Source: Myxococcota bacterium (lineage in GTDB: Bacteria; Myxococcota_A; UBA9160; UBA4427). Taken from it: a stretch of DNA of 64,000 bases. The notes beneath the pieces were generated by a model that was not told where the DNA came from, ran no database searches, and saw only the letters and a list, made by a program, of their open reading frames with translations. Positions 60,469 to 64,000 of this stretch are shown here, one piece after another. The translations under genes were made by a program, and so were the position numbers. Each line of letters opens with the position of its first letter. Positions within the stretch are counted from its first letter, which is position 1. The stretch lies in assembly GCA_965250285.1 (NCBI GenBank), contig OZ252299.1, forward strand, positions 4,608,001 to 4,672,000, in the 5' to 3' direction.

Positions 60469-61800
60469 ATGTGGGACGCCTTTCGGTCGTACTTCGCCCC
60501 TCCGATCGCCGCGGAGGAGGCCCAGAACCACGCCAAGCTCGCCTGGCTGGTGAGGCTGCGCTGGCTCGCGATCCTGGCGCAGGTCGCGTCGATGCCCCTC
60601 GCGCTCTACTTCGACGTGCTCGAGGCCCGGCTCTTGCCGGTGTTCGCCACGATCGTCGCCGCGCTCGCCGCGCTGAACCTGTTCACCTGGTTGCGCCTGC
60701 GCAGCGAGCGCGAAGTCAGCCAGCGCCAGGTGCTGATCCAGCTGATGGCCGACATCGCGGTCCTGACCGCGCTGCTCATCATCTCGGGGGGCGCGTGGAA
60801 CCCGCTCGTGCCGATTCTCTTCGTGCACTCGGTCCTGGGCGCCCTGCTGCTGCAGGGGCGAGCGAGTCTCTTCTTCGTCGTGTTGCTCGTGGGCTGCCTC
60901 GCGCTGATTCAGTTCTACTCGCAGTTCTACTCGATGCTGCCGCCCGGGCTCTCGGGCGGCGTTCTGCCCGCGGTGATCTTGTTCCCGGCGCAGTTCGTCG
61001 TCGCGCTCGTGTACTGGATTCTCACCGCGTGGCTCTCGCGAACCCTTACTCAGCTGCAGGAGAACGTCGCCGAGGCGCGTGAACGCAAGCAGCGTGTCGA
61101 TCGCCTGCGCGCGGTCGGCGCCCTCGCCGCCGGCCTCTCGCACGAGTTCGCGACGCCGCTCAATACCGCGCAGCTGAAGCTCGCGCGCTTGTCGCGCAAG
61201 CCGGGTCTCGAAGATGATCCCGACATCGCCACCGCCCGCGAAGAGCTCGAACGCTGCGGTGACGTCTTGCGCCGCATGGCCGGTGCCCAGCTGAAGCCCG
61301 ATCGTCTGAACCTCGAGATCATCGATGTCGCGGCCCTGGGCCGACAGGTGGTGCAGAGTCTCACGCGGGTACACGAGGGCACGCCGATCACGTTCCGCGC
61401 CGAAGGGCACGGCCCGCTGCCCGCGCTTTTGCCGCCCGTCGCGTTCTCGCAGGCTCTCATCAACCTCGTCGACAACGCCGTCGAGAGCGCCGGCGAGGAC
61501 AAGCCGGTCGAGATCCTCGCCACCCGAGCGGGAGACGAGGTCGAGATCAGCGTCCTCGATCGAGGCGAAGGCTGGCCGGATGTCGTCCGGACGCACCTCG
61601 GCGAACCCTTCGTCACCACGAAGCCCGACGGCGTCGGCCTCGGGCTCTACTACGTCCACAACCTCGCGGCGGCCATCGGCGCGAAACTGACCCTCGTCGA
61701 CCGGCCCGATGGCGGCGCGATCGCGCAGCTCTCGCTGCCGCTTCGCACGATGCCGGCCGCACATGAGCGTCTGGGACAGGCCCGCGCGGCGATCGCCTGA
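60469..61800 (+). CDS. regB: RegB/PrrB/ActS-like redox sensor kinase
   Basis: LVRLRWLAI, SGGAWNP, SHEFATPL, ERC..VL, GEPFVTTK, GLGL. Confidence 0.85.
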   Translation: MWDAFRSYFAPPIAAEEAQNHAKLAWLVRLRWLAILAQVASMPLALYFDVLEARLLPVFATIVAALAALNLFTWLRLRSEREVSQRQVLIQLMADIAVLTALLIISGGAWNPLVPILFVHSVLGALLLQGRASLFFVVLLVGCLALIQFYSQFYSMLPPGLSGGVLPAVILFPAQFVVALVYWILTAWLSRTLTQLQENVAEARERKQRVDRLRAVGALAAGLSHEFATPLNTAQLKLARLSRKPGLEDDPDIATAREELERCGDVLRRMAGAQLKPDRLNLEIIDVAALGRQVVQSLTRVHEGTPITFRAEGHGPLPALLPPVAFSQALINLVDNAVESAGEDKPVEILATRAGDEVEISVLDRGEGWPDVVRTHLGEPFVTTKPDGVGLGLYYVHNLAAAIGAKLTLVDRPDGGAIAQLSLPLRTMPAAHERLGQARAAIA

Positions 61801-61841
61801 TTCGACCGGCGCCGAACCTTGCAAGACGGGAGACCTCAGCC

Positions 61842-62420
61842 ATGAACGAAGATGCCGACCGAGCCGACGGCGGTGATCCCGGTGAGCTGCCCGAAGAAAC
61901 GCGCAGCCTGCTGATCGTCGACGACAACGAGCGCTTCGCCGACACGCTCGCGACCGAGTTTCGCGATCGCGGCTACGACGTGACGTGGCTCGACTCGCTC
62001 GCCGCGGTCCGCGACCACCGCACGCTCGGTTTCGACTTTGCCGTAGTCGACCTGCGCATTCGCCAGGACAGCGGCCTCGACGTGATCGCCGTGCTGAAGG
62101 AGCGCAGCCCCGAGACCATCATCGTCGTCTTGACGGGCTACGGCTCGATCGCCACCGCCGTACGCGCGACGAAGCTCGGCGCGACGTCGTATCTCACCAA
62201 GCCGGTCGACGTAGACCAGCTCGAACGCGCACTGATGCAAGAAGAAGAGGACGAAGAGCTGCCGATCCCGGATCAGTTCCAGAGCCTCTACCGGCACGAG
62301 CGTGAGTACATCGAGTTCGTGCTCGCCGAGTGCGAAGGCAACATCAGCCAGGCGGCGCGCCGGCTCGGGCTCCACCGGCAGAGCCTCCAGCGCAAGCTGC
62401 GCAAGTACACTCCCAACTAG
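61842..62420 (+). CDS. regA: RegA/PrrA/ActR-like response regulator
   Basis: VVDLR, LTGYGSIATAV.A.KLGA..YL.KP, NISQAARRLGLHRQSLQRKL.K. Confidence 0.9.
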   Translation: MNEDADRADGGDPGELPEETRSLLIVDDNERFADTLATEFRDRGYDVTWLDSLAAVRDHRTLGFDFAVVDLRIRQDSGLDVIAVLKERSPETIIVVLTGYGSIATAVRATKLGATSYLTKPVDVDQLERALMQEEEDEELPIPDQFQSLYRHEREYIEFVLAECEGNISQAARRLGLHRQSLQRKLRKYTPN

Positions 62421-62434
62421 GAAACACGTCGAAG

Positions 62435-63184
62435 ATGAAGCGATTCGAAGACAAGCGAGTGCTGGTCACGGGTGCAGCGTCGGGCATCGGACGCGCGAGC
62501 GCGCAGCGCATGGCCGCCGAGGGTGCACAGGTGGCCTGCGTCGATCTGCAGGCCGAAGGCTGCGAGGAGACCGTCAAGCTGATCGAGCACGACGGCGGAT
62601 CGGCCTTCGCGCTCGCCTGCGACGTGAGCGACGAATCGGCGGTCAACGGCATGGTGGGCGAGGCCACCCAGCGCCTGGGCGGCCTCGACTCGCTCTGCAA
62701 CATCGCCGGCATCCTGCACTTCAACCACACGCACGAGCTCGAGCTCGCGAAGTGGAACCAGATCCTGTCCGTGAACCTGACCGGGACCTTCCTCGTCACG
62801 AAGGCCGCGCTGCCCGCGCTGCTCGACGGCGGAGGCAATGTGGTGAACATGGCGTCGACCGCCGGCCTCGCCGGCCACCCTTGGACGGCCGCCTACTCGG
62901 CGAGCAAGGGCGGCGTGCTCGCGTTCACCTGGACCATCGCCGTCGAGTACGGCAAGCAGGGCGTGCGGGCGAACGCGGTGTGCCCGGGCGCAGTCGCGAC
63001 GCCGATGCACGAGGTGTTCTCGCTGCCCGAGGGTGGCGACATGAAGCTGATCGATCGCATCTCGCCGCTCGACAAGTTTCGCGGGCCCGACAAGGCCGCG
63101 AGCGTCGTTGCCTTTCTGGCGAGCGATGATGCCGAGCACATCAACGGCGAATCGATCCGCGTCGACGGCGGCACGCTGGCATAG
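62435..63184 (+). CDS. Short-chain dehydrogenase/reductase
   Basis: TGAASGIG, NIAG, YSASKGG, NAVCPG, VDGG. Confidence 0.95.
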   Translation: MKRFEDKRVLVTGAASGIGRASAQRMAAEGAQVACVDLQAEGCEETVKLIEHDGGSAFALACDVSDESAVNGMVGEATQRLGGLDSLCNIAGILHFNHTHELELAKWNQILSVNLTGTFLVTKAALPALLDGGGNVVNMASTAGLAGHPWTAAYSASKGGVLAFTWTIAVEYGKQGVRANAVCPGAVATPMHEVFSLPEGGDMKLIDRISPLDKFRGPDKAASVVAFLASDDAEHINGESIRVDGGTLA

Positions 63185-63198
63185 CGGGGCTTCCAGCG

Positions 63199-63810
63199 TC
63201 AGATCAAGACGAGATGATTCGGTAGCTCGTTCTTCTCGTGCGTCGCGGGCACGTGCTCGATCAGCAGCGCGCCGCACGCATCGATGCACTCGATGAAGCC
63301 CTCGACGGTTTCGCCGGCCTTCACCCGCGCGGTAAAGGCATCGACGATCTGCTGCCAGCGTTCGTGGCTCACGTGCTGGTCGATGCCGCGGTCGGCGATG
63401 ATCTCGACGTAGTGCTCGAATTCGCTCACAAAGATGAGCACGCCCGTTTCGCCGGCGGTGTGATGGAGCCCCTGCTCGAGGAACTGCCGGCGCGCCAGGC
63501 TCGAGGCACGCCACGTTCGCACCGAGCCCGGAATCACTCGGCGTAGGATCGGCGGCCACCTGTAGATCGCGAAGACGACGACGAACGCCACGGCCTGGGC
63601 GACGAGCAGCTCGACGGTGCCCAGCCAGAAGACGCTCCAGTGCAGGATCCACGGCACGGTGAGCGCGACGAGCGCCGCCCAAAGGGTCGGGATGTAGACA
63701 TAGTCGTCGGAACGCGCAGCGAGCACCGTCACCAGCTCGGCGTCGGTCTCGCGCTCGATCTCGTGGATGCGCTCGGCCATGCGCGTCGCACCCGCCTCGT
63801 CGATCAGCAT
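63199..63810 (-). CDS. TPM-domain membrane protein
   Basis: E.ETDAELV, SDDY, TGVLIFVS..EHYVEI.AD.GI, NELPN. Confidence 0.85.
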   Translation of the reverse strand: MLIDEAGATRMAERIHEIERETDAELVTVLAARSDDYVYIPTLWAALVALTVPWILHWSVFWLGTVELLVAQAVAFVVVFAIYRWPPILRRVIPGSVRTWRASSLARRQFLEQGLHHTAGETGVLIFVSEFEHYVEIIADRGIDQHVSHERWQQIVDAFTARVKAGETVEGFIECIDACGALLIEHVPATHEKNELPNHLVLI

Positions 63811-63812
63811 GC

Positions 63813-64000
63813 CTACCAGCCTCCCGAGGCGCCGCCGCCGCCGAAGCCGCCGCCGCCGCCGCCGAAGCCGCCGCCGCCGCCCCCGAAGCCGCCACCGAAC
63901 CCGCCGCCGCCGAAGCCCGATCGACCGCCTCCGATCATCGGGCCCATCATCATCCCACGCCGAAAGCCCGACCGGCGGTTCGAGCCGAACATCACGAAGA
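63813..64000 (-). CDS. Gly-rich C-terminus of a probable TPM/YgcG-like protein (5'-partial)
   Basis: Ends GGGGGFGGGGASGGW directly upstream of a TPM gene. Confidence 0.75.
   Translation of the reverse strand, partial: FVMFGSNRRSGFRRGMMMGPMIGGGRSGFGGGGFGGGFGGGGGGFGGGGGGFGGGGASGGW

Noticed and set aside
63813..63920. GCC-rich microsatellite at the window end
   Set aside because: It simply encodes the usual Gly-rich tail of TPM-family proteins.

Overview
A very GC-rich (roughly 70% by eye), gene-dense bacterial chromosomal segment with about 56 genes. No rRNA, tRNA, CRISPR array or mobile element was recognised. Gene content suggests a diderm, possibly Myxococcota-like organism (inference only). 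Housekeeping genes include serS-selB, gpsA, feoAB, msrB, aat, a cystathionine gamma-synthase, ogt, gshB, PBP1A, a type II pantothenate kinase, regBA and a TetR-DUF35-thiolase lipid module. The main finding is an intact, translationally coupled nuoA-H-J-K-L-M-N operon (3670-11094). It encodes only the membrane arm of complex I, and most of the conserved proton-pumping and quinone-coupling charged residues are neutralised across all seven subunits, so it may be an undescribed non-pumping complex I paralogue. Other notable items: a flippase-like domain fused to a Thr-type sulfatase-fold domain; five mini-ORFs bridging consecutive genes through NTGA overlaps; an in-frame amber stop in a gspB/exeB gene; an asymmetric Get3/ArsA ATPase pair beside an AMIN-TM-acidic protein; a Met-ending uORF before the Met-biosynthesis gene; and leaderless-type promoters. 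Motif comparisons are from remembered family consensus, not from computed alignments.
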